This document shows, one piece after another, positions 27,541-41,010 of a stretch of DNA of 57,109 nucleotides. The DNA is from Neoconidiobolus thromboides FSU 785. Taxonomy: Eukaryota > Fungi > Entomophthoromycota. A model generated the notes under the pieces. It was not told the DNA's origin. It searched no databases and was given only the letters and a program-made list of their open reading frames with translations. How positions within the stretch are numbered: position 1 is the stretch's first letter; each line of letters begins with the position of its first letter. A program made the translations under genes and the position numbers. The stretch spans positions 1 to 57,109 of the forward strand of contig MU626390.1 in NCBI GenBank assembly GCA_025603075.1, written 5' to 3'.

Positions 27541-28654
27541 ATGAAATCCAATAAATTAAATGAAGAAGCGTTGGCATTCCAACGTATGCATCCAAAAGAA
27601 TACATGAGAAAGTTTTTAAACTTAAACTTAAGAATTGATGGTAGGAATATAGACCAATGCAGAACTATTCATTTAAATCAAAGTACTATTTTAATATTTT
27701 AAATGTATAGTTACTAACATAATGCAATTTACTCAATAGATACAATAACTACTTCGGAGGGTTCAGTGATTTTGAGGATAGGCAAAACTATGGTAGTTAC
27801 AGCTATAAAAGCTGAAATTGCAGAACCTAATTGGGAGTATCCAGACGAAGGTTATTTAGGTAATAACAAAAATAAAAACATTATATAAAGTAAGTGTATT
27901 GATTTGTAATTTAGTACCAAATGTTGAACTTGGCCCCTTATGCTCAAATAAAATAAAGCCAGGCCCACCAAATGACCAATCTATGATTTACAGTCATATT
28001 GTTAATCAGTTGTTAAATATGTAAGTTATTAATTAGGATCAAGTAAACAAATAATAATTAATAACAATAAAGCAATTCTCTATTTGATAAAAAGCAATTA
28101 GTGATTGAAGTTGGAAAAGCAGTCTGGACATTATATATAGATACCATTTGTCTATCTGATGATGGTAATGTATTAGACGCCTCAATTATTTCCACTATAT
28201 TAGCATTAAAAAATGGTAACTATTCAATCGTTTTTATCCCTGGTTATCATTTATAGTTTAATCTTTAGTTCAATTACCCAAGTTGGTACTTGATGAAGAG
28301 CAAGGGGTTTATACGGTAGTTGATAAGGAGTTTGATTCTTTAACTGTAAATTATAACTTATTTCCATTATCCTTCGTAAAATTTGATAGGTAAGATTAGA
28401 TTACTAATTTAATACAAACAATTGAATAACAATAATACTGTAGCGGCATAATACTAAGTGATCCCAACAATTTTGAGCAAGAAATGATAAGAAATTATTT
28501 ATTAATTATAGTAAATGATGATAATGATTTGATTTATACTTATAAATATGGAGATAAGTTAATTAATAAACAAGAACTTAGAGAGTGCTTGCAGTTAACA
28601 AAGGAGCGTGTTAATTATATAAAATCCATCATTTATCCAAATGATGTTGAGTAA
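27541..28654 (+). CDS. RRP43: Exosome complex RNase PH-like subunit Rrp43 (multi-exon)
   Basis: AFQRMHPKEYMRKFL...RIDGR...GSVILRIGKTMVVTAIKAEIAEP...GYL|VPNVELGPLCS...KPGPP...WTLYIDTICLSDDGNVLDAS...; stop at 28652-28654. Not in the ORF track. Confidence 0.9.
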
Positions 28655-28739
28655 GCTTTGAATAGAAATAAATAAAATGATTATATTAAGATAAATACTA
28701 AAATTTTGTACTATGCTTATTATCTTTATTTAATAAAAA

Positions 28740-29749
<1,010 letters not shown>

Positions 29750-30460
29750 TTTGTGTTGTTATAAAAGTTACAAGTTAAAATATAAAGATTTAATCCTTTA
29801 TCGCTATCTTTTATAGTTATATTTTCGTCATCAAATTACATCTTCGCTTTTTAATTGCTTTCATGACTATTTCATCCATTTTTATTGGTCTAATTTAAGA
29901 TTGGGTCAATAAGTACTTATTTTCAAGATTTAATTAGCCTTTTCGTATCTTTTTTGCAAAAGTTGTTTTATGTTTCATATGCATCCTGTTAGTTATATCT
30001 TTATGATTTTTACTACCTATATTTAATAACCGACACTCTTACTTTATTATATAAATTAAACAACTAATTATTTAAAAATGAATAACAATTATTATTTAAC
30101 TAACACTTTTTCACCTATTTAGGAAGAAGCTACTCAAAGTTATTTTTTGGAGATGCAATTTTTTTTAAAATCTCGATATATTATTGGATGAGTAGAATCA
30201 ACCAAGTAAATGTAAAAAATTAAACTCAATAGCAAATAACAAGATAAATAATCTTATTGGTTAGGTATAGACTAGCTTAATAGTAGTTACTAATGATGTT
30301 GGAAATTAATTAAATAGCTTGGTGCTAAAAAAGAAACCTATGTTTATTCAAAGTTTTTCCAAGATAACAGATGCATAAATTAAATAGGAATTCTCATAAA
30401 CCAGTCTTGTGTTTAACTTACTTTCTTTCTTAAAAGCTAAACTAAATACAAGACTAAAAA

Positions 30461-32143
30461 ATGACCAATAGCATAGATACGAGCGCACATAGTTGTGACA
30501 CATGCACGTACGGACACCGAAAATGTGATAGAAAAAAACCTAGCTGCGACACATGTATTGATTTAAAGGAGCAATGCAGTTATACAAGAAAACCAAAACA
30601 TACCAAAAAGCTACACTTTATAGAAAATAATATAAACAACTTCAAAGTCAATATAAATAATAAAAGTAACATAAATGATATTAAAAAAACAAGAGTTCGC
30701 TATAAAACTAAAATAATAAAGTTACCAGCTTGTTTTAATAACCCGTATACACCTCTTGGAATACTAAATAGTATCACCAATAAGAATTTATTTGAGAACT
30801 TAATGACTATCTTTTTATATCCCTCCCCGCTTAAATCGAGTATTGGCCTTAGTTTTATCTTAAAAATAAGTGAAGGTTTTAAAGTTTACATAAAGCAGCA
30901 AAGTAGTGACAAGAAACAAATGGTAGTAGAAAAGGAGTTTCAAAGTTGGCATCCAGTATTGAAACAAGCATATGCTCATTTTTTTAACACGAGTAATAAA
31001 AGCTACCCCCTTTTTATCCAATCTAAGTTTGATTTTGATAGTAAAAGCAATACGTTAAAATTGTGTATTTTATTGGCCGGGTTGTATGGAATGGAATCAA
31101 ACGAAGTAATAGCTAAAATAATAAAATTTATTGTAAATGAGTTGTATAAAGAACTAGGAACACCTTATAGGATTAAACTAACATTGCAAAATATCCAAAG
31201 TGTGTTTATAATGATTACTGGATGCTATAAAACAGAATGGATCACTCCAAATATTGAAAGATACCTTCATTTTTTAACTATTTCTTCTAGTTCAATTGGA
31301 CTGCATTTAACTCCTAATGACCTTCCACTTGTTTGTAAAATTGAAAGAGTCATGCTATATTCTGTTATGAACCTTTTTTCTATTAATTTATCATTATCGT
31401 TTGGCTCCAGTATAATATTACCCTATCGCCCTAAAATATTAAACTTGGCTTTTAAGAAGGTTTTAAACAGTTTGTTTTTAAAGAGAAGGCCAAATTATAG
31501 TGCATGTAAAGTGGATTTTGATTTCTGTTATAGTATTGTTATCACTTCATTCTTCAATGAATTGAGTTCAATCACATTTGCAATTAGAGTATTAAAGGAT
31601 GAATATGTGAGTTTAGATAAAACCCAAATAGTCAATGAGTTGAAAATTGAACAATTAATAGAAAGGATTCAAAAACTTGAAAAAAATTATTTGATCATAT
31701 TCACGAGCGTTGAGATTCAATTTGATTTAAAAATGAGTTATGAACACTATAAACTATTACTTATTTGTAACTATTATATCTACTTTATACTCTCTTTAAA
31801 GTTCTATAACTCAAGTAAATCTTATCAGTTTGATCGTGCTGAATTCATCTGTAACGATAGCAATTATATAACTAAAGTTTTAATCCAGGGTTATTTAACT
31901 CTTTACTACTGTTTAAAATTACCTGCCAACTATTTAACAAATATTGAACTAGGGATGGCTCTACAAGTAGTGATATTTTTAGCTAGATTTAAGCATAAGT
32001 CGGAAGTCAAAGTGGATACAATTATTCAAAAGTATTTAAATAGTTTAAAGTATTTACTTACAATTGGGACAGTAGCTAATGTGGCTTATTATAATATTGA
32101 GCTGGCTAGTGCTGTACTGTATATATTTAACGCCAAAAAATAA
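30461..32143 (+). CDS. Zn2Cys6 transcription factor, cluster paralog A (intronless)
   Basis: CDTCTYGHRKCDRKKPSCDTCIDLKEQC = C-x2-C-x6-C-x6-C-x2-C-x6-C; middle-homology-like region (AYAHFFNTSNKSYPLF, SIGLH, IERVMLYS); uninterrupted 560-aa ORF. Confidence 0.9.
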   Translation: MTNSIDTSAHSCDTCTYGHRKCDRKKPSCDTCIDLKEQCSYTRKPKHTKKLHFIENNINNFKVNINNKSNINDIKKTRVRYKTKIIKLPACFNNPYTPLGILNSITNKNLFENLMTIFLYPSPLKSSIGLSFILKISEGFKVYIKQQSSDKKQMVVEKEFQSWHPVLKQAYAHFFNTSNKSYPLFIQSKFDFDSKSNTLKLCILLAGLYGMESNEVIAKIIKFIVNELYKELGTPYRIKLTLQNIQSVFIMITGCYKTEWITPNIERYLHFLTISSSSIGLHLTPNDLPLVCKIERVMLYSVMNLFSINLSLSFGSSIILPYRPKILNLAFKKVLNSLFLKRRPNYSACKVDFDFCYSIVITSFFNELSSITFAIRVLKDEYVSLDKTQIVNELKIEQLIERIQKLEKNYLIIFTSVEIQFDLKMSYEHYKLLLICNYYIYFILSLKFYNSSKSYQFDRAEFICNDSNYITKVLIQGYLTLYYCLKLPANYLTNIELGMALQVVIFLARFKHKSEVKVDTIIQKYLNSLKYLLTIGTVANVAYYNIELASAVLYIFNAKK

Positions 32144-33610
32144 GTACAACTAAGTTAGCTTATAAGCAGTAAAGTCACAAATTAAATAAAAATACTTGGA
32201 TTTTAATTCTAATTTCAATTTTAATATTGTTTACAAAATGCACTATAAAGAATTCTTACATTAACTTTACCCCAAAATTACAAGGAATAAAATTAGAATA
32301 AAATTTTACCAAACTCATTTATATCTAGCACCATCCAAAGCTTATAAAAATCAAATAATATATTTATAGTCTTATTTTCGTTATATTTTATTATGTTTTT
32401 ATCCTTTTACAGCAACTTTAATTACTACAAGCTTTTTACTATTTTATTAGTGATTTTATTAAACTTTTTAAATCAAGGAATATACTAAATATAGAGAGAC
32501 TAAACAATAAAAAATGGCTAACGTTTTTAATAATATTACTACTATTGATTATAACTACTGCCCTTAACTTTTAGTAAGACATGTAGTATTATTTTTTAAA
32601 ATCTTGGAGGAGTTATAAATTAGTAAGAGCTTTATGAGGTACCACATATAATGTTTTCTGATATTATTCATACATACAGGTAAGTATACTAATATTAATT
32701 TCAGTTCTCTCTAAAAGCCTTTTCTTAAAATACCTAATTTATTAATGTAGTAATGCAATTAAGTTAATTTATAATAATTTGTTAGCAAGCGGTTATTTAT
32801 GTTTTACACTTTAAAGTGTTTGAATTTAATATTATAATTATACGGCTTTAAGCTATCGCGCATAAAAACAATATTGATCAATGACCCCACTTATGGTATA
32901 TAGGTCTAGTGCTTATTTCGCAAGACAAAGTTAATATTTGATATTAAATTTTAATGTTTAACCAATACCGACTATAATGTACCCAAATTTGTTAATATTT
33001 CAATAAACTTATGTGAAATTGTAACTTTGTTTTAATTTTATTTATTTTATATTAATTACTTACTATTTTATACTTTCAAAAACAATACTATTATAAATTA
33101 ATAAAATTCTTTATCATCGCTTAATAACAATATAGTTTGTAAGTTTCTTACAAATTTGATACTATTTATAACTCTGCTTAAATCGGATATTATATATTTT
33201 AAGCAGAAGGTGAGATCATATCCTTTACCAACATAACATTTTCCCTTTTATTTTAACGTAATCAACTAAGCATTATTTCAATAATGATTAAATGATTGGT
33301 AATTTTTATTACCTTTTAGATCAACCTGATGCCCCTCTTTAATCCACTAATTAAAACCCTAAATAACTATAAAGCTTAAAATGGGGGTGGGGCAAAAAGT
33401 AAAATTTCATTGGCTTAATTCCCAAATTAAAATATTTGAATAAAACTCCATCCCCAATATATCAAATTTAGCTAATATTTAAACAAACAAGATCCAAATT
33501 TAAGATTCAAATCTATTAATTCAATCTTTAACATCACTTCCAACTTATTTTAATGGAAATATAAAACTAAATTTATCATTTTTTATTTAATTCAATAGTT
33601 TTAGTTTAAA

Positions 33611-34684
33611 ATGAATACTTTAAGCCCAAAGATTATATCTCCTTTAGCTCGTCCATTACGTGGTGTATTATCTCCGACCTTAAGATTTAGTTATAAACCA
33701 TTACTACAAACCTACTCTACTCCAAATAAGCCAATTTCTACTTTCAAACAACAGGAGCGCAATTTGTCTACTACCAGTTCTAACTTTGAACCTGCATCCT
33801 CATTATTAGTAGAAAAAAGTTCAGTTTCTACTCAAGACATCAACGTTACAGAATCAAAACAATTGTTTGATAGAGTGTGGGAAAAAATAGAAAATGAAGT
33901 AGGTTTACTTAATTTTACCATGCCAAGAGATATCTTGTTTTTAATTGGAGCACCAGGCTCAGGAAAGGGTACGGTTACGCCGCATATAATTGAAGCCCAG
34001 CGCTCAACAAATACGCCAATTTGTATGAGTTCTTTATTAAAATCACCGGCAATGAAAGAACTAATTGATCAAGGTATAATGATTGATGATGCTACGGTAT
34101 TAGAACATTTAATATTTGCATGTATGGAACGTGATCAATCAGTACCATTAATTGTAGATGGATTTCCGAGAACCCAGATACAGGTAGACTGTTTAGTTCA
34201 TCTTTCTAACAAGTTAAAGCAGCTTAATCAATCTTCTCTAAACACTGGTTTGACCCAACGTTTCCCTTTACCTTCTTTTAAAGTAGCCATTTTGTATATT
34301 TCAAAACAAACCAGTTTAGTTCGTCAGATGCAAAGGGGTATGCAAGCCAAATTGCATAATCAAAAGGTGTTGGAAAGTGGTAAAGGAAGCCTTATAGAAG
34401 AAAGATGTACTGATCTTAGTGAACAACTTGTTCTTACCCGTTACAAAGCTTTTGAACAAAACATGGGTTCAGTAACATGTTTGATGAAACATTTTCCATT
34501 CCATATGATAAATGCAGACTGTCAACTTCAAGAAGTGATTACCAATTTATTAGAAATTTTTAATTCTTCTTACCCTCAACCAGAATCCAGTCAACTTAAT
34601 CCTATTCAATCAAAGAACGCAAAGCCTATCTGGCATGGGTTTAAGAACTCAAATCATTCCGCTTTAGAGAGTTTTTTTATTTAA
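33611..34684 (+). CDS. Atypical adenylate kinase-like protein with predicted mitochondrial presequence (intronless)
   Basis: P-loop GAPGSGKGT and VDGFPRT(Q); basic, Ser/Thr-rich N-terminus; non-canonical NMP-binding (PICMSSLLKS) and LID regions. Confidence 0.85.
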   Translation: MNTLSPKIISPLARPLRGVLSPTLRFSYKPLLQTYSTPNKPISTFKQQERNLSTTSSNFEPASSLLVEKSSVSTQDINVTESKQLFDRVWEKIENEVGLLNFTMPRDILFLIGAPGSGKGTVTPHIIEAQRSTNTPICMSSLLKSPAMKELIDQGIMIDDATVLEHLIFACMERDQSVPLIVDGFPRTQIQVDCLVHLSNKLKQLNQSSLNTGLTQRFPLPSFKVAILYISKQTSLVRQMQRGMQAKLHNQKVLESGKGSLIEERCTDLSEQLVLTRYKAFEQNMGSVTCLMKHFPFHMINADCQLQEVITNLLEIFNSSYPQPESSQLNPIQSKNAKPIWHGFKNSNHSALESFFI

Positions 34685-35166
34685 GGCGTCTTAAAAGTTA
34701 TTTCAATATTTAGCTAGTGATATTAGCCTGTTTAGAATTTTAATAAACTAATTTATTCATAATTTGTTTGGTTTCTAGCCTATTTTTTGATAATTAAGTT
34801 AAAAGGAATAATAAAAAGTCAATACATCATATATTAAAGATAAACACTAAACAATACTAATATTGTCATGAATCAAACAGTAATGAAACTGTAGCTAATT
34901 TATCGATATTTGATATTTGAGGTCAATATTATTAAAATGATTTTAAATTTTGACCCTTTTCAAATTAATTAAAATTTCTCATGTTCTAGAATTTTCACGA
35001 TTTTGCCCCTTTGTAAAACAGTCACCATTTAAAGCCACTACTTAGGATTGAACCAAATTTGCAATTTTAGTTAAATAATTGAGACCAAATTATAAGTTTT
35101 TAGTGAAAATCCAGTTTGATTAAAATTTGTTAAGTTTGCCAAGCTTCTCTAATCATTCTTTCAAAA

Positions 35167-36870
35167 ATGGAAGTAAGAAAGAGGAATCGACCCCAAAAAA
35201 TAAGAAGCCAAGCGGACGCGTTTAGAATAAGACTTGACAACTTGGAGATATTAATAAACAATTCTAAAAGTATATTGCAGTGTAGTAATAAGGATATTAA
35301 AGGTCTAACATATGGTAATTTTAAAATAATCAAATAATACTAATTAAGATTTTTAGAATATATAAGATGGATTAATGTTATTTTAAAAGAGTTGAATGAA
35401 AATAACATAAAATGTATCGAATATGAGACAGAGATACTCGCTTATGAGTATAAGATAAAGTCGGCTATATTAAATTTTCACAAATACTATGACTCAAATG
35501 AACGTTATTTTACTATAGATAATAAAATAATAATAAATATCGGACAAAAATATGGCACATTCTTAGAACAAGGGAGAGAAGTTTTTGTCAAAGTAATCGA
35601 CCCTTATAAATTATGGTTTGAGAATTTGAATGAATACGTTGATCTAAATCGAAAGCCTGATTTATTATCTTGCGCATATTTAGCAATGTTAGCAAGGTTT
35701 ACACTATCTCGCAAGGGAAGCCTTTACAAATATATATATGGGAGCTGCTTAAGGAAAATAAAGCAGCTCTTACCACTGGCTTATTCCTCACCTACTTATA
35801 GCGATATTGTTGCGCTTGGCTTGCTAACCTATGTTAGTTTAACACATTTCAATTATGCTAAAGCCAAACTTTATTACACTTCTGCTATCAGAATGGCAGA
35901 ATGCTTGAATTATAACAATTGTGATAATCAGTTTGCTAATTCTAGTGATTTTGAAAAAGGAACCAAGCTTTGGAAAACGCTGTATGTAAATTATCTTATA
36001 TTATGCTCTACCATACCTGATTTTCCTTTAATACGTTTTGATATTCAGGTACTATCACCATTCATTCAAAATAGTAGGAAAGTAAACAACTTCGATTTTA
36101 AATCTTTAGTTAAAAAGGGACTTGTTGGAGAGTGGTTACAAACCACAGTTGTAAAGAATATAGGAGAAGTTAATATGAAAATAGCCAATCATGTATACAA
36201 ATTAAAACTAAAGTATAATGAAAAAGATTATTCTAAAATACCAGTCGAAGAATTAAAATTATCTTCAGATGATTTCAGTTTTTGTTTGGTTTCTATTCTA
36301 AACTTGAATCAAACCTATCAATTTGACGGTGATCGAGAAGACAATCACGGCTCTAATTTGCATTATTATTTTTATATTATACAACAAACAAATTTTATTT
36401 CATTGTATTACCCTTCAGTGTTGATATACCCAAAACCAATTATTTTTCCAAGACATGAAATAGAGTTGCTATTCGAGATTTCTAACAAGATTAGTGAAAG
36501 CTTTTTAGATAAAGATATCTACTTAAATGTAGTAAAAAATACTTCATTTATTAAACTTACTCCTAGAGGCGATGAGATTCAATACCACGCAAATTATGAG
36601 CTACCCTATTTAAGTCAAATAATATATAGTATATATTTTTATTTCAATATACTGCATTTTAAAGATAACAACTACTTAGAGTTATATAATGAAAGTGAGA
36701 ATATTTGTTTGAAAATGATAGAAAAACTAAATCTATTACAAACATATAATAGTAAAAGAGTCTCAAGCCAAGCTAGGTTTGCTTTAGATTCCATTAAGAG
36801 TGCCCTTGATCACTATGAATTACCAAGCCATCTAGCAACTACTTTTAACCAACTTTCATATTTTAATTAA
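35167..36870 (+). CDS. Fungal-specific transcription factor-like protein lacking the Zn2Cys6 domain (2 exons)
   Basis: ATG 35167 MEVRKRNRPQKIRSQADAFRIRLDNLEILI..., intron 35315-35356, joins the 35392 ORF in frame. The middle-homology motif is YYTSAIRMAECLNY...EKGTKLWKTLY. Confidence 0.72.
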
Positions 36871-37267
36871 AATTGTAACAATAAAATAATGTGTAATGAG
36901 ATAATACAATCAAATTTTTTACACTTTCAATGCTAATTTTTCATACAAAGGGCCATAATAAGCAATTAATTCAAGTTCTATATAAAATCGTGGTCATTTA
37001 CTTTATATTTGAGATAATGAACACGAAAAGAATAAGTATGTACCAAGGATCTGTGTATACACTTAAAGCCATTAATTGAATATTTGACTATATTTATTTC
37101 ATTTTTACTACTTGGTAAACTTTAATATGATCAAATGATAAATATAAAGAGTAGCGGCTGCTTTAAGGTATTAAGGGGTATACAGGAAGATTGGCTTTAC
37201 ATGTTATTATTTGTTTGATTTTGATTTTATTTTTACAAATTTGTTTAAACATAGTTTAATAATATTA

Positions 37268-37363
37268 GGGGGGGTGTTTTTTTGTTTAAGAATTTTACTA
37301 CAATCTTTCCACTCAAGTAGTGCTTAAGATAGAAAAAGTAATGAAGTTAAAAAGAATATCCCC
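37268..37363 (-). mobile_element. MITE copy 11
   Basis: Inverted copy with an expanded G run; TSD ATTA/ATTA; lies between two convergent TF genes. Confidence 0.88.
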
Positions 37364-37488
37364 ATTATTTATTTTTTACTTTTTAGTCGAATATAAGAAT
37401 TTTATTTGATAAATTATAAATAATAAATAGTATTAACATTCAATAGCTTATAAAACAATGAAGTTGAAAGTTTATTAAAATTTAAATT

Positions 37489-39216
37489 TCAAGCATATTT
37501 ACTTTTGATGTATTCAATAATATTAATATTGATAGTAGCCATGGTGTGAAATATTTCAATTTTACTTGACTGTTTCAAATAGTATAATCCATTTTCAACC
37601 GTATTATTGAAACTTAGACTGCTTTTTGCTTTATACCGAATAAGAAAGATGATACATTGAGTAATTATACCCAACCCAAAGCTAAACATCTCAAGTATCT
37701 TTAACTTTGTACCATAAATAATAGTTAAATGGCACTCAATTAATATTTCGTTTAAATATTTTGTTTCGTTTTCTAGTGAAAACTGAGTTGAAAAGTGAGA
37801 TGTATCTATTTGCATAGGATGATAAAATTTTAGAGATAATGAAAAAAATTTCAAAAAATGACAAAGAAATAATATGACATTTATATAGACTCGAATTGAT
37901 GGATTTAAGCTTCCTGTATATGATGGTATACCTAGTTGAATAATTATAGTAAAGTAATGCTCTTTCACTTTTTTAATTTTGTTCAACAGATGTGTTGTTA
38001 CTTCTTTTATCCTTATATCATCATCATTACAGGCTATATAACTTTCTTTTAGTAAACGAATATGGAACGCTATTAAACTTAAATCACAATAAAATGAACA
38101 CATCGTAATTTTGCAACTTATATCAAAGCTTTCTTTGGTAATAAGCATCACTTTGTTATTCATTGCAAGGTTAACCCTAACGTTAAAATATTGATATAAC
38201 AAATATTTTGGCTTTCGTGGCATAGACAAATAAAATCCAGTTATTAAAATAATAAAAGTTTGAAGCATTGTTAGGCATGAGTACAGCATGGCTCTTTCGA
38301 GTAACTTATGTGGATGGATTTTATTGGAATAGGAATCTAGGCCTAAAAGGTGGATTGCTTTTGCACAATATGCAAGATAATTTGTAAATTGAGAATAAAC
38401 CCAATTAATTGAATGTGAATAAAATAATAGTACAGAAATTGCTTGCACATTTTGTAACGTCGGTTTGATTAAATGAGGTGTACCAAGATAAACTCTAAGT
38501 TTGCTTTTGAAATATCCTTCAAGGTAGTTAGTTACTTCACTTTTTTCCATATAGGTTAAACCAACTAATAATATCGACATCTTTAAAGGATCTTCCTTTG
38601 AAGAAATATCAAAATGTGACCTTATAAGTACTGGGAATATTTTATTACTATACATAAAAAAACTCTCATACGCTTTATTTAATATTAAATTTAAATTTAC
38701 TATCCTTCTTGTTTCTGGTATACTATGTGGTCTAAGTGTTCTTTGGCTCTTTACTAATGGTGCAAATTTTAAGCTTAGGTCTAGCAAAACAGATTGATTC
38801 TCGTTTTGACTAAATAGTGATGGATATTGAAATAAAGTCATCAAATTTTGGAAAGACCTCTTGTCTGGATAGCTTCTAAATATTTCTAATACCGTTTGAT
38901 TTTGAAAAGCCTTTATTGATTTAACTAGCTGCAATCCCTTGTTATGCATATCTTTGCTTTCTATTTTTTCTTTTTGCAATTTAGCTTTATTTGCGACCCT
39001 TTTTTTTGCTGACCCTTCTAGCTTAAAACTAGATATATTATCCTCTATTGTAAGCAGCTGTTTGCTATATATATTCTTTGTTAAATAAGTGCACAACGCT
39101 TTCCTTTTTTCGCAATATTGACAATTTGGTAATGATCTATTACATTTTCGATGAAGCTTTATGCATCTGTCGCATCTAGTTGAACTACGGGAAGTAGTTT
39201 GTATGTTTGATTGCAT
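37489..39216 (-). CDS. Zn2Cys6 transcription factor, cluster paralog B (intronless)
   Basis: CDRCIKLHRKCNRSLPNCQYCEKRKALC; shares NLMTLFQYPS, IKPTLQN, ERAMLYS and LKFY motifs with paralogs A, C and D. Confidence 0.9.
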   Translation of the reverse strand: MQSNIQTTSRSSTRCDRCIKLHRKCNRSLPNCQYCEKRKALCTYLTKNIYSKQLLTIEDNISSFKLEGSAKKRVANKAKLQKEKIESKDMHNKGLQLVKSIKAFQNQTVLEIFRSYPDKRSFQNLMTLFQYPSLFSQNENQSVLLDLSLKFAPLVKSQRTLRPHSIPETRRIVNLNLILNKAYESFFMYSNKIFPVLIRSHFDISSKEDPLKMSILLVGLTYMEKSEVTNYLEGYFKSKLRVYLGTPHLIKPTLQNVQAISVLLFYSHSINWVYSQFTNYLAYCAKAIHLLGLDSYSNKIHPHKLLERAMLYSCLTMLQTFIILITGFYLSMPRKPKYLLYQYFNVRVNLAMNNKVMLITKESFDISCKITMCSFYCDLSLIAFHIRLLKESYIACNDDDIRIKEVTTHLLNKIKKVKEHYFTIIIQLGIPSYTGSLNPSIRVYINVILFLCHFLKFFSLSLKFYHPMQIDTSHFSTQFSLENETKYLNEILIECHLTIIYGTKLKILEMFSFGLGIITQCIIFLIRYKAKSSLSFNNTVENGLYYLKQSSKIEIFHTMATININIIEYIKSKYA

Positions 39217-39946
39217 TCAATATTACAAAAATAAAAAGCAAAAAAGTTAGAAAGGTTTTAATATACTTTTACGAAAGTCGCAAAAATTCGAGGTACTAGA
39301 TATCCAAAGCTTATTGATTAATTTATCTAAAATCTGCCTCAGTTATTCCTATTTCAAGGCCAATAACACATTTATTTAGTTTATTCATTACCGTAATTAC
39401 ACTATAATTTAAATCTTGTTTATTAACAAAAATTTAATATATGCACTAAATATTCCTATTTCTATTAATAGCCTCTATAGTATAAATTTATAAGAAGTGA
39501 TAATTCTGAGTTTCAGCTTAACAGATATTGGCATAGCTATGTCAATTATTTTACTTAAACAAAACCATAACGATATACATGGCTTTTTATTTAGTGTAAA
39601 AGGGAGTCAGTTGCTATGTTTGTACTCATTTAACCTTCATGAGTTAAGCCATAAAAAATTCTATTAGGATTTGTAAACTTCTGCCTAATGATTTAATAGC
39701 ATATGATTTAATAATAAATACGAAATTGTTATCATATTTAATTATTAATGAAATGTTCCATCATATATCAAGTGACTTTTAGTTTCGTGCTTTACAAAAA
39801 TGTCTCGAGAGAGTTTTATAAAAGCTAAAAAGAGCCATAATAAATGTCTACAAGAAAGTTTGTATTCTAATTTAAAAATTATATTATGTGATTTTTCAAA
39901 TGATTTATAAATAAAAATGCAATATACTTAATTTTGTTTAACATGT

Positions 39947-40047
39947 GAAGATGTATTTTTTTTTTGCTTAATAATTTTACTAACAATCTCCCCACTCAAA
40001 TAGTGCTTAAAAAATGGAAAAAGTTATGAAACCAAAAAAACAGCTCC
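39947..40047 (-). mobile_element. MITE copy 12
   Basis: Inverted copy GAAGATGTATTTT...CAGCTCC; TSD ATGT/ATGT. Confidence 0.87.
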
Positions 40048-41010
40048 ATGTTAATTTTTACTATACTATTATGAAACAACACACTATAAATAGAAAGGTG
40101 ATTTACCAAGAGAAGCCACATAAACATAAATTTTAGCATTTTCAATATCGCTTAATATTTGTTCACATTGGGAGTATGATTTAAGTATACTAAATATACA
40201 AGTCTTAATTTTTATAATCCAAAATGAACATTACATGTATATATTTATAACAAGATACAAATTCATATTTTTGGCTCAGCTTAGTTGAATTTTATAAAAG
40301 TTTGTAAAAAAAGAAAAAGTAATATTTAGAATAAAGAATCGAAATATTTAAAAAATATAAAATATAAAATATAAAATGTAAATTTGGTAAGATCCAAAAC
40401 AGTTTATTTATTAATTTGAAGCATAACGTAGTTAAACTAAATATTATTTATGGGCAATATTTTAGAAAACATAAGTGGAGTGGGCTATATTCCACTTTCC
40501 TATTGCTTTCGAAAATAAGGATTAGTTGTGTAATTCTCAGTTTATTAAAGGAACTTCATTGGTGACTTTATCCCTTAATCTGGGCAACTTAAGTATCCAA
40601 TATTTTATTATTAATGTAATAAAACACCCAAAGTTACAATCCTCTTTAAACGAAAAGAATCGGCATATTAAAATATTTTGTTAACTAGTCAGCTTTTTTA
40701 TTATTCGTTTTATTTTATTTGTTTTAAAAAAAAGAATGAAACTTACAAGTTGAAAGATATGACTTTGTATACTCTTAATTTAAGTATATTAGATAATTTA
40801 TGCGACATCTAGAATATTCTTTTATAGTTTTCCTTAAACATAATTTAAACATTAGGGTTTTACAATATGTATCAGAGCTTTTCACATTAGCTTAAATTAT
40901 TAAATTTTATAAACATAGAGAAATGTTTGAAATTAGTCATTTTAATATATTTTTAAATCTGGAATCAAATATCATGGCTGCAATAATCGTTTCAACAAAA
41001 GATAAAAGAT

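Noticed and set aside
40471-40500. Small hairpin AAGTGGA-N11-TCCACTT
   Set aside because: A 7-bp stem is expected by chance, with no second copy or ncRNA boxes.
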